Shown here: one piece after another, positions 28,639 through 38,202 of the stretch
Layout of the letters: each line of letters begins with the position of its first letter
Position numbering within the stretch: the first letter of the stretch is position 1
Assembly: GCA_037033225.1 (NCBI GenBank)
Contig: JAZBLM010000002.1
Location: 10,084-74,083, forward strand
DNA from: Pseudomonadota bacterium
GTDB lineage: Bacteria; Pseudomonadota; Gammaproteobacteria; Xanthomonadales; Xanthomonadaceae
Direction: 5' to 3'
Length of the DNA stretch: 64,000 bases
Notes under the pieces: model-generated
Databases searched by the model: none
Seen by the model: the letters and a program-made list of their open reading frames with translations, nothing else
What the model was told of the DNA's origin: nothing
Position numbers and translations under genes: made by a program

Positions 28639-29655
28639 TTACTCTTCGGAGTCGTCCGCGCCACGCTTCAGCCGCACCACCGCGTCCGGGCGGGTGTTGA
28701 GGCTCAGGGGGTTCGACTGGCTCTCCAGCTCGATGCCCTTGTCCATGCGCAGCTTGGCCGTCTTGGTGTAGTACGGCAGGCCCTTGGTACGGACGGTTTC
28801 CAGGTAGTCGGCCGGGGCGAAGCGCGTGATGAACATGTCCGGCACGCCCAGCGGGAACGCGATGGCCTCGCCTTCCGGGATGAACGGATCCTCGCCGATG
28901 CCGCCCGGCAGCTCCTCGAAGGTCACGCCAGCAAAGGTGAAGCCCTGGCGCATGTCATCGCGCAGCGCGGCCCCGTCCTGCCAGCGCGAGTAGGCGTCCT
29001 TCACCTGCTTATGCTCGGTCAGATCGTCGAAGAAGCTGGCGCTGCAGAACACATGAATGCCACGGTGCGGAACGCCGCCCAGCTTGGCCTCGATCTGGCG
29101 CTTGATCGCCAGCACCTTCGCACGCACCCGGGTATCGGCAGTACCGAGCTGGAGGCCCAGTACGGTCTGCTCGACGCCGAACTCCTCGTACAGATTGACA
29201 ATGGTCGAGCCGTCGGCGTCCAGCACCTCACCGCGCAGGGCGCCGACGCGGTGGTACTCAATGGTGTAGTCCAGGTCGCGCTTGTGCACGGCCTGCAGGG
29301 CATTCACGACCGAGGCCACGTTGGTGCCCGTCGGGTCGTTGACCGGGTCATATACGCCCAGCAGCTGGTCGGCCATCACCGTGGAGCGCTGCGGCAGGTG
29401 GGTGGTCTCCAGCAGCTTGACCTTGCCACGGGCCAGGCCCTTGGGCTGAGCCGGCGAGCCGCGCGGCACGTTCGGCACCAGCACCAGCTTGTCGCCGGCC
29501 AGGCCGACCTTGACGATGGTGGTGCCGACCAGGCCGTCTTCCTGGAACAGGTTCATGTCCGCGATCCGGGTGTGGATACGCGGCAGGTTGTTGATGTAGG
29601 CGTTGAGCTGATCGAAGGTCAGTACGCCCAGTGCGAGCAGAGTTGCCAGATCCAT
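28639..29655 (-). CDS. Major capsid protein (lambda gpE-like)
   Basis: LVPNVPRG, TIEYHRVGALRG, FAPADYLETV.T.GLPYY, SQSNPL. Confidence 0.9.
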   Translation of the reverse strand: MDLATLLALGVLTFDQLNAYINNLPRIHTRIADMNLFQEDGLVGTTIVKVGLAGDKLVLVPNVPRGSPAQPKGLARGKVKLLETTHLPQRSTVMADQLLGVYDPVNDPTGTNVASVVNALQAVHKRDLDYTIEYHRVGALRGEVLDADGSTIVNLYEEFGVEQTVLGLQLGTADTRVRAKVLAIKRQIEAKLGGVPHRGIHVFCSASFFDDLTEHKQVKDAYSRWQDGAALRDDMRQGFTFAGVTFEELPGGIGEDPFIPEGEAIAFPLGVPDMFITRFAPADYLETVRTKGLPYYTKTAKLRMDKGIELESQSNPLSLNTRPDAVVRLKRGADDSEE

Positions 29656-29687
29656 AGTCGGTGGGTCCTGTGGTAGATCGGAGGAAT

Positions 29688-29717
29688 GAAAAAGGCCCCG
29701 ACTGAGCGGGGCCTTCG
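29688..29717 (-). terminator. Intrinsic terminator between decoration and capsid genes
   Basis: Minus strand AAGGCCCCGCTCAGTCGGGGCCTTTTT. Confidence 0.7.
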
Positions 29718-29736
29718 TAAGCAAGCGTTGCGGCTG

Positions 29737-30423
29737 TTACGCGCCGCCGGCGGCGGCAATGGTGATGGTTTCGGTGATGGCTTCGCCCAGGCCAGCAGCG
29801 GTGATCTTCAGGGCGTAGTCGCCCGCAGCCGAGAACGTCACCGCGTCCCAGGTCACCACACCGTTGACGGCAGCCTTCGCCCCGCCGCCGCCGACGTTGC
29901 CCGGGCCGGCGGCCTTCGCCAACGTCACGCTCGCCGAACTGCCAGTGACCAGGCCGCCGAAGATGTCACTGATCTTCGCCACAACCGGATCCACGACGAT
30001 ACCCGCAGTGCCGGCGGCCGGAGCGGACGCGAACTTCAGGTTATTGGCGGTGTTGGATGCAACCGGCTTCTTGGTCCAGCGCACGATGATTCCGGACTCG
30101 GCCAAGCTCAGCGCACTGAGCAGCTTCTGATCGTCGGTGGCATCGCCGTAGGACAGCATCTCGCCGAACACCTCGGCATCGCGCACCACCGCCGTGCCCT
30201 TGGAGGGCAACGCAGTGTCGTCGGCACCAGTGTCCACCGCGCCATAGAGCACCTTCACTGCGTCGGCGCCATCTTCAGCCGCGGTGTTATCGGCCTTCAG
30301 CAGTGCTCCCGCCGGCAGCACGCCCTGGCCGGCAGGCAGCACGACCAATTCGCGGCTCCGCTGGCCGCCGGCCTCCGACAGCAGGAACTCGGCGTTGCGC
30401 ACGCCCTTCAGGTTGATTTCCAT
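29737..30423 (-). CDS. Head decoration protein with C-terminal Ig-like extension
   Basis: EFLLSEA.GQRSRE...VRDAEV...GIIVR followed by a ~110 aa beta-rich domain. Confidence 0.8.
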   Translation of the reverse strand: MEINLKGVRNAEFLLSEAGGQRSRELVVLPAGQGVLPAGALLKADNTAAEDGADAVKVLYGAVDTGADDTALPSKGTAVVRDAEVFGEMLSYGDATDDQKLLSALSLAESGIIVRWTKKPVASNTANNLKFASAPAAGTAGIVVDPVVAKISDIFGGLVTGSSASVTLAKAAGPGNVGGGGAKAAVNGVVTWDAVTFSAAGDYALKITAAGLGEAITETITIAAAGGA

Positions 30424-30429
30424 GTTTCT

Positions 30430-31806
30430 TTACCTCGCTCGCATTTGATAGATGTGGTTGGGATCCAGCTGGGCCTTCGCCGGGTTGGACTGTTTCGCGG
30501 CGTCCGCCGCCGGCGTGGTGGTCACGATCTGGGTGCTCTCGCCTTCCGTTGCTTTCATGGACAGCAGCTGCGTGCGGACCGTCGCCAGATCGGTGTTCTC
30601 CTTGATGAAGCCCGGCGCAAGCGAAGCACCGTCCCTCAGTGCGGCCGCGCAGGCGTCCTGCACTGCGACGGCGTATGCGAGCGCTTCCTCTGCCCCCTCC
30701 TCGCCCTTGACGCCGCGGCGGAGCAGAGCGATTCCCACATCCGAGGGCAGGTCACTGCTAGCGACCGCGCTGGCCAAAGCGGCCGCAGGTGATGCCGTGT
30801 TCGAAGCCGTATCGGGTCCTGCTGCCGCAGCGTCAACCGGCGCAGCTCCCGGCTCGACGGTTGCAGCAGACGCCTCAACGTCGTCCGCTTCCGGATCACC
30901 AGGCGCCGCAGAAACCGGTGCCCCCTCAGCGCCGACGTGCGCCAGCAGGTCGTGCCACGTGCCAAGGCGCGTGGCGAAGCCCGCATCGACTGCCGCCTGC
31001 CCTTGGAAACACGCGGCCTCGGTGGCGCGCACGGCGTCCGCATCGACGCCCAGATTGCGGGCCACGGTATCCACGAACATGCCGTAGAGCGCATCAATGC
31101 GGGCCTGCGCCGACGCGCGCGCCTCTTCGCTCAGGGGAATGTGGGGGCTGAGGTCCACCTTGCGGGAACCGGCATAGATCGGTGTTGCTCGCAGGCCCAT
31201 GCGTTCGTCGGCCGCGCTCCAGTCGTAGTGGTAGGCGACCACGCCAACCGAACCGACGCCGCCAGTGCGGCTGATCCAGATTTCATCGCAGGCCGTAGCT
31301 AGCGCGAAGCAGGCCGAATAAGCGTTGTCGTCGACCAGCGCATAGATCGGCTTGGCGCCGCGGGCGGCGTATATGTGGTCGACCAAGTCGAAGCATCCGG
31401 CGGCCATTCCCCCGGGCGAATCGAGGCGCAGGATGATGGTGCCCACCCGGTCGTCCTCGAGCAGTTCGTCAAACGTATCGCGCAGAGCGGCATAGCTCAT
31501 GGGGCCGGAACCGCTGGGACCGGGCATCGGCCGATTGACCAGCCCGCCAGATACGTTGATGACGCCGATCAGCGAGCGGTCGGGGGCTACTGCGTTGCCG
31601 GCTTCAGGCAGCTCCAGACGCTCGGTGCGCATCACGGTGTCAGCGCTGGTGACCTCGCCGGTCAGGTAAGCGCCGATAATGGCTTCGCCGTGAGCCTGGT
31701 GCACAAGCAGGGGGCTGTTGAGCGCTACCGCCGCGAGCGACGACACGACCGGCGCGCGGCTACCGCGGCCGAAAATACGGGCCAGAAGGCCGGGCTTACT
31801 GTTCAT
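30430..31806 (-). CDS. Prohead protease/scaffold (S49 peptidase, gpC-like)
   Basis: LDSPGG, AYSACFALA, VGSVGV; Ala-rich scaffold tail. Confidence 0.9.
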   Translation of the reverse strand: MNSKPGLLARIFGRGSRAPVVSSLAAVALNSPLLVHQAHGEAIIGAYLTGEVTSADTVMRTERLELPEAGNAVAPDRSLIGVINVSGGLVNRPMPGPSGSGPMSYAALRDTFDELLEDDRVGTIILRLDSPGGMAAGCFDLVDHIYAARGAKPIYALVDDNAYSACFALATACDEIWISRTGGVGSVGVVAYHYDWSAADERMGLRATPIYAGSRKVDLSPHIPLSEEARASAQARIDALYGMFVDTVARNLGVDADAVRATEAACFQGQAAVDAGFATRLGTWHDLLAHVGAEGAPVSAAPGDPEADDVEASAATVEPGAAPVDAAAAGPDTASNTASPAAALASAVASSDLPSDVGIALLRRGVKGEEGAEEALAYAVAVQDACAAALRDGASLAPGFIKENTDLATVRTQLLSMKATEGESTQIVTTTPAADAAKQSNPAKAQLDPNHIYQMRAR

Positions 31807-33283
31807 CGTCTTCCTCATTGGGGTCCTCGACGCCGGCGGCGCCTTTGTCTTCCGCGGCGCCCTGCAGCGCGCCTGAGCCATTGGTACGGCGGGGATCGCT
31901 GTCGTAGATCAGACCCTTGTCATCGGTCCGCTGGTTGTCCGCCGCGTTCTCTTCGTCCACCTGCTCCGGATCCTCGCCCGCCCCCAGCACCACCTTCGAG
32001 CGCGACTTGAAGCCAGCGCGGACAGCCTTCAGCTCTGCGCTCACGTCCTGCACCGGGTGGCTCCACGGCCAGCCTTCCGGCACCCACAGGGTCTCGGTCA
32101 CTTCATCGCGCAGCTCGGCGTAGCCGGGCACCAGGAGCAGCCCCGCAAGTACCGCCTGGTCGTAAAAGGCATCACGGACCCGCTGGCAGAACATGGGAAT
32201 CATGTAGAGCCACTGGTCCTGCTCGATGACACGCCGGAACTCGTTGAGGATCAGGCGCAGGGCACGGTCGGAGACGTTGCGCAGGTCGCCCGTCAACACC
32301 TCGTACGGGACGTCCTGGCTCGCGCTGATTGCCAAGAGATGCCCTCGCAGGAACTCGGCGTAGTCCGACCCTGCGCTTGGCGGGTTGGCGAACTCCACCT
32401 TGTAGCCCGGCGGCAGCTCCTGCATGGTCGCAGGCTCGAGGCCGCCCAACGGCGTCCCGTCGATATCATCACCGCTGGTCAGATCACCCAGCGGTGATGC
32501 CTCGGCATCCTCCTGAGGCTCAGGCGTGGTGAAGAAGCCGGCAAACAGATTCGCAATCGCCTGTCGTTCAAGCACCGCGTCATCGAGGCGGTCCAGGTTG
32601 AACATCCGCAGCAGTGCCGGCGCGGAGGTCGGCACGCCCCGGATGGCACCGGCGCGGTTGGGGCGGTACAGGTGCATGACCTGCTCCGCCGGCACGCGGA
32701 CCAGCTCACTGCCATTGGTCGCGACATGGAAGTCGCCCGGGTGCTCGCGGTACATCCAGTAGGCCACGCGGCGACCGATGCGATCGAACTCGATGCCCTG
32801 GCGGATCGCATTGCCGTTGCTGGCCACGCCGTAGTAATGCTGCGGGCACTGTTCCGACTCGATCAGCTGCACCTGCAGCGGTACGGGCAGTCCGTCCTCC
32901 GGACGGCGGAACCGGATGCGCGCAAACACTTCGCCGGCCTCCTTCCATTCCCGCCAAGCCAATGCCTGCAGTCCGGACCAGTCCAGCACTCCGTCAGCGT
33001 CGGCATATTTCCCCCAGCGCTTCCACAGGCCTGCGACCTGGACTTTGTGGGCCTTACTGCCCCAAATGGCCTTGGCTTGGATGCCACTGGCGATCCCATT
33101 GGACACGCTTTTGTTGAGCGCGCTGACCATCCAGGGATCGTTGCGTGCCAGGTGGCGCGCGCGCGCCAGCACCGTTGGCAGGCCCAGCAGCGCGGCGTTC
33201 GGACCGAGCGACGCCGGATGGAACATCCGCAGCCTTCGGCCCACGCCCGCGGCGCGGTAGGTCCCCTCGTCGACCTCAGACAT
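31796..33283 (-). CDS. Portal protein (lambda family)
   Basis: RARHLARND, GIEFD.IGR, RGVP, YEVLTGD. Confidence 0.93.
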   Translation of the reverse strand: MSEVDEGTYRAAGVGRRLRMFHPASLGPNAALLGLPTVLARARHLARNDPWMVSALNKSVSNGIASGIQAKAIWGSKAHKVQVAGLWKRWGKYADADGVLDWSGLQALAWREWKEAGEVFARIRFRRPEDGLPVPLQVQLIESEQCPQHYYGVASNGNAIRQGIEFDRIGRRVAYWMYREHPGDFHVATNGSELVRVPAEQVMHLYRPNRAGAIRGVPTSAPALLRMFNLDRLDDAVLERQAIANLFAGFFTTPEPQEDAEASPLGDLTSGDDIDGTPLGGLEPATMQELPPGYKVEFANPPSAGSDYAEFLRGHLLAISASQDVPYEVLTGDLRNVSDRALRLILNEFRRVIEQDQWLYMIPMFCQRVRDAFYDQAVLAGLLLVPGYAELRDEVTETLWVPEGWPWSHPVQDVSAELKAVRAGFKSRSKVVLGAGEDPEQVDEENAADNQRTDDKGLIYDSDPRRTNGSGALQGAAEDKGAAGVEDPNEEDDEQ

Positions 33284-33494
33284 TGCCGCTACCCGACTGG
33301 TACAGGCGGATGGTGCGCCGCGTGCGCGGCCTGCCGGGCGCCCGCCCCGCCATCTCACCCCGCATCTGCCGTAGCGTGCTGCGCATCTCCTTCAGGCTCT
33401 GGTAGGTAACGGTGCGATCGGCGTACCGCACGGTCAGGATGCCGCTGGCGATCGCGCTTTCCAGCGCTGCGATTTGCTCATTGGTGAATGCCAT
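33276..33494 (-). CDS. Head-tail adaptor (gpW-like)
   Basis: AIASG...V.YADRTVTYQS..EM. Confidence 0.85.
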   Translation of the reverse strand: MAFTNEQIAALESAIASGILTVRYADRTVTYQSLKEMRSTLRQMRGEMAGRAPGRPRTRRTIRLYQSGSGNV

Positions 33495-33495
33495 A

Positions 33496-35577
33496 TCAGC
33501 GTCCCAGGTATTTACTTCGAATAACGCGTCGGGTGCGCGTGCGCGCCGGCGGCGGCGCAACGTCGTCAGCCCTGACATCGGGGTTTTCGTCCCACTCGGC
33601 GGCCCATGCCGGCGGCGCCTTCCAGTCGATCGACGGGACTTTCATCCAAAGCGCCAGACCTTCGGCGTACACGCTCAAGTCGAAGGCTTCGTTGCGTCGT
33701 CCAGCAAGGTTCTTCCAGCCAGTTGCTATACGCGTTTCCGCGGTCAGCTCCGCGTAGAACGCCTCCGGTAGCCAGTCCGGGAAGTGGTAGAAGCCAGGGC
33801 CCGGCTCGGCCCGCTTGACGTTCGCGTCGACGGTGTCTTTCAGCCGATCGGTATTCAGCAGCAGCTGGGGCACGTCGCCGGCGGAGCCGGACTTACGGTC
33901 CTTACGCTTGCTGCTGTCGGGATACGTTTCCTTGAACAGCGCGGCGTCCCGCTTCGTGCCGCCCTTCACCAAGCGGACGCGCCCGTGCAACTGTCGCTTC
34001 TTGAGCGACCGCCAGAACTCCAGCGCTCGCACCGACGTGCCTGACTTGCCGCCCCAGTCGATTCCGACGGCGCGAATCGGCATGCTGCGGCCGGTTTCAT
34101 CGGCCAGCGGATAGCGCCTGATGATGACCTTGTCGACCAGCCGCTCCCAGTCCTCGAGGTACTTCGGCGGGTCAAGCGGCAGGAACCCGCCGGAACCGTC
34201 CGAACGTGTCGACGTGCGCAGGGTGAAGGAATCCACCACCCAACGCTCCAGCTGGCCCGACTCGTTAACGCCGAACCCGAGAATCAGCACCACGAACCGG
34301 TTGGCCTGGTTGTCCACCGTTGCGACCAGGAAGCGCACGCCGGCAGGCACGTAGCCTGAGGGCCACGTCTCTGCCCGCTCCTTCATTTCGTTCGGGTCGC
34401 TAGAAGACCTGGCCGCCATCGGCACGTAATTGATGGCGCCGTCGACGTTGTGCGTCGTCTTCAACGGCCGTTCTTCGCCCGTGCTGGCAAAGGTGCGCAT
34501 CGCCTGCAGGTATCGCTCGATCAGCGACTCCCAGGACTGGTACGCCGCGGCGACGCCGCCCAGCCAGTAACTGGCGATGCGCGTCTCCAGCGGATCACCA
34601 CTGATGCTGCCGTCCGGATGAACAATCTGCCCCTCGCCGGCCCACACGCCGGCTTGGTTCATGACGTCCTTCCAGCGGTGGTCCAAGCCTACGCCGCAGC
34701 TCGGGCAGTGCAGCAGCGAGTAATGCCTGGCCATCTGCTGGATGTCGTCCACCAGCACGCGCTCGAGCAGCTCATCCATCGGCGGCAGCGCGAACCCGTC
34801 ATAGCCGGGCGCCGCCATGAACCGATCGCCGCATTCCGGGCAGGGCCAGTACCAACGCCGTCGATCGCCCCGCGCATACAGCGCCGCGATACCGGCCGCT
34901 GGCGGACCATGGTGAGGGTGCGTCGCCTTCCAGGCGCCGTCGGTGTAATCCGTGGCAGGGCTCGACTCGGCTACGACCATGCCCGCTGACATGAAAGTCT
35001 GCGTCCGCTTCAGTGCCAGGCCGAAGCATTCGTCGATTCCCAAGTCACCGGTGTAGTTATCCACGTCCGTCATCAGCACGTCGTGGATGTCCTTGCCGGA
35101 CAGCACCGAGATCGACGGCCATCCCATTCGCAGCGACATCCCTGACCGGAAGAACTTCAGCAGGATGTTGTCGTCATGCGCGCGGGGACTGAGCCGCTTG
35201 CGAAGCTCTGGGCTGGCCGCGATGCCGCGTGCGATACGGGTCTTGCTGTAGTCCTCAGCAGCGTCCTTGGACATCTGCACGACCATCGTATCGGCCGGGT
35301 TGCAGGTGATCAGGTAGGCCAGCCGGGCATCGATGAGAGAGATGGTCTTGCCGGACCGCGCAGGCCCGACGAACACCACGGCCTCGTAATGTCGGCTGCC
35401 CGTCATGTCGAGCGGCTGGACCATGTAGGGCGAAACCGAGGGATCCCACTTGCCTGCAGCGCCGCTGGCGTTGGCCACGTGCAGCGCTTTGGCGCCCTCG
35501 CTGACCTTGATGCGCCTGGGCGGCCTGATCATCTCCGCTACGCCGCCGCGCAGCTCACGCGCTGTCGCGTAGGTCAT
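33496..35577 (-). CDS. Terminase large subunit (GpA family)
   Basis: Walker A GPARSGKT, ESSP, WPCPECG, RNEAFDL. Confidence 0.95.
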   Translation of the reverse strand: MTYATARELRGGVAEMIRPPRRIKVSEGAKALHVANASGAAGKWDPSVSPYMVQPLDMTGSRHYEAVVFVGPARSGKTISLIDARLAYLITCNPADTMVVQMSKDAAEDYSKTRIARGIAASPELRKRLSPRAHDDNILLKFFRSGMSLRMGWPSISVLSGKDIHDVLMTDVDNYTGDLGIDECFGLALKRTQTFMSAGMVVAESSPATDYTDGAWKATHPHHGPPAAGIAALYARGDRRRWYWPCPECGDRFMAAPGYDGFALPPMDELLERVLVDDIQQMARHYSLLHCPSCGVGLDHRWKDVMNQAGVWAGEGQIVHPDGSISGDPLETRIASYWLGGVAAAYQSWESLIERYLQAMRTFASTGEERPLKTTHNVDGAINYVPMAARSSSDPNEMKERAETWPSGYVPAGVRFLVATVDNQANRFVVLILGFGVNESGQLERWVVDSFTLRTSTRSDGSGGFLPLDPPKYLEDWERLVDKVIIRRYPLADETGRSMPIRAVGIDWGGKSGTSVRALEFWRSLKKRQLHGRVRLVKGGTKRDAALFKETYPDSSKRKDRKSGSAGDVPQLLLNTDRLKDTVDANVKRAEPGPGFYHFPDWLPEAFYAELTAETRIATGWKNLAGRRNEAFDLSVYAEGLALWMKVPSIDWKAPPAWAAEWDENPDVRADDVAPPPARTRTRRVIRSKYLGR

Positions 35578-36052
35578 CGGTTATTGCCTCGAACATCGTC
35601 TGGCGCACGCCATCACAGGCGTCCTGGACCTTCACCACCTGTTCCGGGGTTAGCCCCGCCTTTCGCTCGAGGACGTCCGGAAGGGTGTCGAAGAACTGCA
35701 CTACCTTTTTGACCAACTCGGCGTAGTCGGCCTCGACCTCGGCGGCCGGTACAAGCTGTCCGGTCGTCGTCTCGACCTTCAGCCGTTCGTTTTCAGATTG
35801 GTAGAACGCCCTGCGCTCCATCGGGGGCAGGTCGCGCGGGTCGACGACGCCATCTGCACCTACGACGCTTGGCGCCTGCACCAAAGCAACGGCAGCGTCC
35901 GCCAAGCGGTAGACATCGTGGCCAGCGCGCTTGCCAAACGGCGCCACTCCGGCGTCTCGCAGCCGCTTTGCAGCGGTTCGCCGGTCCATGCCGAACTCGT
36001 CCGCCAGGCGGGCGACTGACCAGCCTGGAGAGAAGTCACGAATGTCGGCCAT
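35555..36052 (-). CDS. Terminase small subunit (Nu1/DUF1441-like)
   Basis: N-terminal HTH (WSVARLADEFGMDRRT), YQSENERLK. Confidence 0.85.
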   Translation of the reverse strand: MADIRDFSPGWSVARLADEFGMDRRTAAKRLRDAGVAPFGKRAGHDVYRLADAAVALVQAPSVVGADGVVDPRDLPPMERRAFYQSENERLKVETTTGQLVPAAEVEADYAELVKKVVQFFDTLPDVLERKAGLTPEQVVKVQDACDGVRQTMFEAITDDLRDSA

Positions 36053-36159
36053 GTCCTACTCGATGTACAGGTCGTCGTACCTAAAAAATGCGCTTTCTCC
36101 CGGCAAAAACCGCCAAAACGCGAGCCCTGTGGTGGAGCACCCTATGGCCCGAAAAACGC

Positions 36160-36771
36160 TTAATTACCGGGGTCCGAATCCCCCCCGGTCGCAACAGATG
36201 TCCTCAGGGGCCCCACCCGTTCAGCTTTCTGTTGATAACTTGTTGACAACTCGGCTCTTTTGACTTCCGTACTCATGTTCCACGGCTTGGCCTCCGCCGC
36301 CACTGCCGTGCCGCGATCCGCCGCGACTACGGCCTGACAGGCGCGGAGCTGGTCATCGGCGTCTCGGCCGATTCGAACAACTCGGCCCGCAAACTCTTCT
36401 CGGCGCTGGGTGGCCGCATCACGTTCGAGGGTGCCGGCTGCGGTATGGGACAGGAGATCGGTGCGGCAGGCGGCAAGGTCGTTGCGCAGGCGGAGAGCGC
36501 CAGAGCGCAGGTCAGCCACAACAGCATCATGGACGGCCGGGGCCGCAGCGCGGTCTTCTTCATGCTTCGCTCCGATGGTGGCCAGGGTGTTCGCCTGTTG
36601 GTACTCGGTGTCGCGTGTCTGGTTGACCTGGGTGACCGCAGCTACGGCTTGGGCCGTATCCTTCTCGGACGCCTTCAGATCATCGCCGCGGCCAGTAAAA
36701 GTGGAGCCGGCCCAGAACACCAGACCGGTCCAGATGGCGAAGCCGGTGGCGCCAGCGATCAGGCGGTTCAC
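36160..36771 (-). CDS. i-spanin (Rz-like)
   Basis: N-terminal TM, coiled coil, DLRSGALRLR, DADDQLRACQ; GTG start overlaps upstream stop. Confidence 0.8.
   Translation of the reverse strand: MNRLIAGATGFAIWTGLVFWAGSTFTGRGDDLKASEKDTAQAVAAVTQVNQTRDTEYQQANTLATIGAKHEEDRAAAPAVHDAVVADLRSGALRLRNDLAACRTDLLSHTAAGTLERDAATQRREEFAGRVVRIGRDADDQLRACQAVVAADRGTAVAAEAKPWNMSTEVKRAELSTSYQQKAERVGPLRTSVATGGDSDPGN
36327..36530 (-). CDS. o-spanin lipoprotein (Rz1-like) nested in the i-spanin
   Basis: Lipobox LSAC, Pro-rich, alternate frame inside Rz. Confidence 0.85.
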   Translation of the reverse strand: MMLLWLTCALALSACATTLPPAAPISCPIPQPAPSNVMRPPSAEKSLRAELFESAETPMTSSAPVRP

Positions 36772-36911
36772 GCCATCACCAGATGCAGCCACGGCTCGAT
36801 CAAACTCCACAGCCACGGAACGAGCCAGAACAGAACAACCATCAAGGCTGCGCCAGCGATCATTGCCAGCACGATCCCGGCAGCGAACATGTTGCCCAAT
36901 CCGTCGTACAT
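36768..36911 (-). CDS. 47-aa membrane peptide in the lysis cassette (not in ORF track)
   Basis: GGAGG SD; MYDGLGNMFAAGIVLAMIAGAALMVVLFWLVPWLWSLIEPWLHLVMA; GTGA overlap with i-spanin. Confidence 0.7.
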   Translation of the reverse strand: MYDGLGNMFAAGIVLAMIAGAALMVVLFWLVPWLWSLIEPWLHLVMA

Positions 36912-36912
36912 A

Positions 36913-37128
36913 TCAGCCTCCAGACCCGCGCCGGGTCATGCCGAAGAAGTAGCCAATCACCATGCCGGTGGCGTTGTTGAGGCCACCGATCAGCATGCCG
37001 AACGAATCCTTGTTTTCCGGGGGGATGGCCACCGCGATCAGCGCGGCCATGGCCATGCCCACCAGGAACAGCACCAGCACGGCGATGCCGACACGGGCCG
37101 CGCCGACGTTTCGAGTTGCGAAGGTCAT
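36913..37128 (-). CDS. Putative holin (2 TM)
   Basis: Two hydrophobic helices, GYFFG, basic C-terminus; in lysis cassette. Confidence 0.7.
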   Translation of the reverse strand: MTFATRNVGAARVGIAVLVLFLVGMAMAALIAVAIPPENKDSFGMLIGGLNNATGMVIGYFFGMTRRGSGG

Positions 37129-37448
37129 GCGGCACCTGCCAGTGCGTGGATTTCGCGGAGCGCCCAGTGGTAGAGCGGCTGGTCGATGACAGTCACACGG
37201 GTCAGTTCCTTGTTGCGCACCACGCGCACGACCACCTCCGTGGACTGCTGGATGGCCAGCAGCACAAAGGCGATCTTCTGCTTCGTCGCGTCCGGTTCCT
37301 GCATCACCGCCAGCGCGTCGCCCACCATTTCTCGGACGTTGGCGAGCATCTCCGCTGTAGGCCGGCCGCTACGGTTGTCCAGCACCAGCAGCACGCCCTG
37401 CAGCTGGCTGATCGGCGACAACTTGGCCACCTTCTTGCGCGCTGTCAC
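37125..37448 (-). CDS. Hypothetical soluble protein in the lysis cassette
   Basis: Start and stop overlap both neighbours. Confidence 0.65.
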   Translation of the reverse strand: MTARKKVAKLSPISQLQGVLLVLDNRSGRPTAEMLANVREMVGDALAVMQEPDATKQKIAFVLLAIQQSTEVVVRVVRNKELTRVTVIDQPLYHWALREIHALAGAA

Positions 37449-38110
37449 GCCGCAAGAACCTTGAGCGCACGCACATACCGCGCCTTACGATCAGACGCGC
37501 CGGTCTGGCCGTTGTTGATGCGCTGGGTAATCTCATCGAACCTGCCGGCGTCGGCCAGCTTGTTGAGGTTGTTGGCGTCCCAATACGCGGCAGCAGCCAG
37601 GGCGCCCCATTGAGGAGCCTCGAACAGCTCAGGGCTCGCTTCGAAGTCAGGCACTGCCTTGACGCCCTTTGCGCGCAGCGTGTCACGCATGCCCGCGTGG
37701 TTTGCCTTGCCAGTGTTCTGGATCGGACCACGGCCGCGGTGCTTCCACCCTTCGCCGCTGGATGCCGGCCCGTTACCCATCCGGTTCGCATAGGCGTTGT
37801 TGGCGATCGCCTGCGGCTTACGCTCCAGAGAACGCGCGAGCTGGTTCGGTATGCGCGGCCGCGCATTTGGGTTCACTGCGTAACGGGAGGGCCAGGTGTC
37901 AGCAAGGCCTTGCGCGCCGTAGTTTAGGTTCTCCACCAACTTCTTGAGGCTGGCCGACTCATGCCCAACCTGGGCGAGGAAGGCCGCCAGGCGCTTCGGC
38001 GTGCTGATCCCATACAAGGCGCACGCATCAGAGAGCGGCTTGGCCCAGAGCTGTGCGGTCGCGGCACTGCAGCCGACCGCCTGCTGGATTGTCGAGGCGG
38101 TCAGGAGCAT
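37445..38110 (-). CDS. Endolysin, glycoside hydrolase family 19
   Basis: AAFLAQVGHES, ENLNY, RGRGPIQ.TGK.N, ITQRIN.G. Confidence 0.92.
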   Translation of the reverse strand: MLLTASTIQQAVGCSAATAQLWAKPLSDACALYGISTPKRLAAFLAQVGHESASLKKLVENLNYGAQGLADTWPSRYAVNPNARPRIPNQLARSLERKPQAIANNAYANRMGNGPASSGEGWKHRGRGPIQNTGKANHAGMRDTLRAKGVKAVPDFEASPELFEAPQWGALAAAAYWDANNLNKLADAGRFDEITQRINNGQTGASDRKARYVRALKVLAA

Positions 38111-38125
38111 AGAGATTCCGGAATT

Positions 38126-38156
38126 AAAAAAGCCTCCGGAAAAATCCAGAGGCTTC
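38126..38156 (-). terminator. tR'-like late terminator
   Basis: Minus strand AAGCCTCTGGA-TTTT-TCCGGAGGC-TTTTTT. Confidence 0.75.
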
Positions 38157-38173
38157 TATGTCATCGTTACCGA

Positions 38174-38202
38174 AGAATGGCCCAAATAGTCCGGACTGTC
38201 AA
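38174..38202 (-). promoter_or_regulatory. pR'-like late promoter
   Basis: TTGACA-17 bp-CATTCT directly upstream of the terminator and endolysin. Confidence 0.65.
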
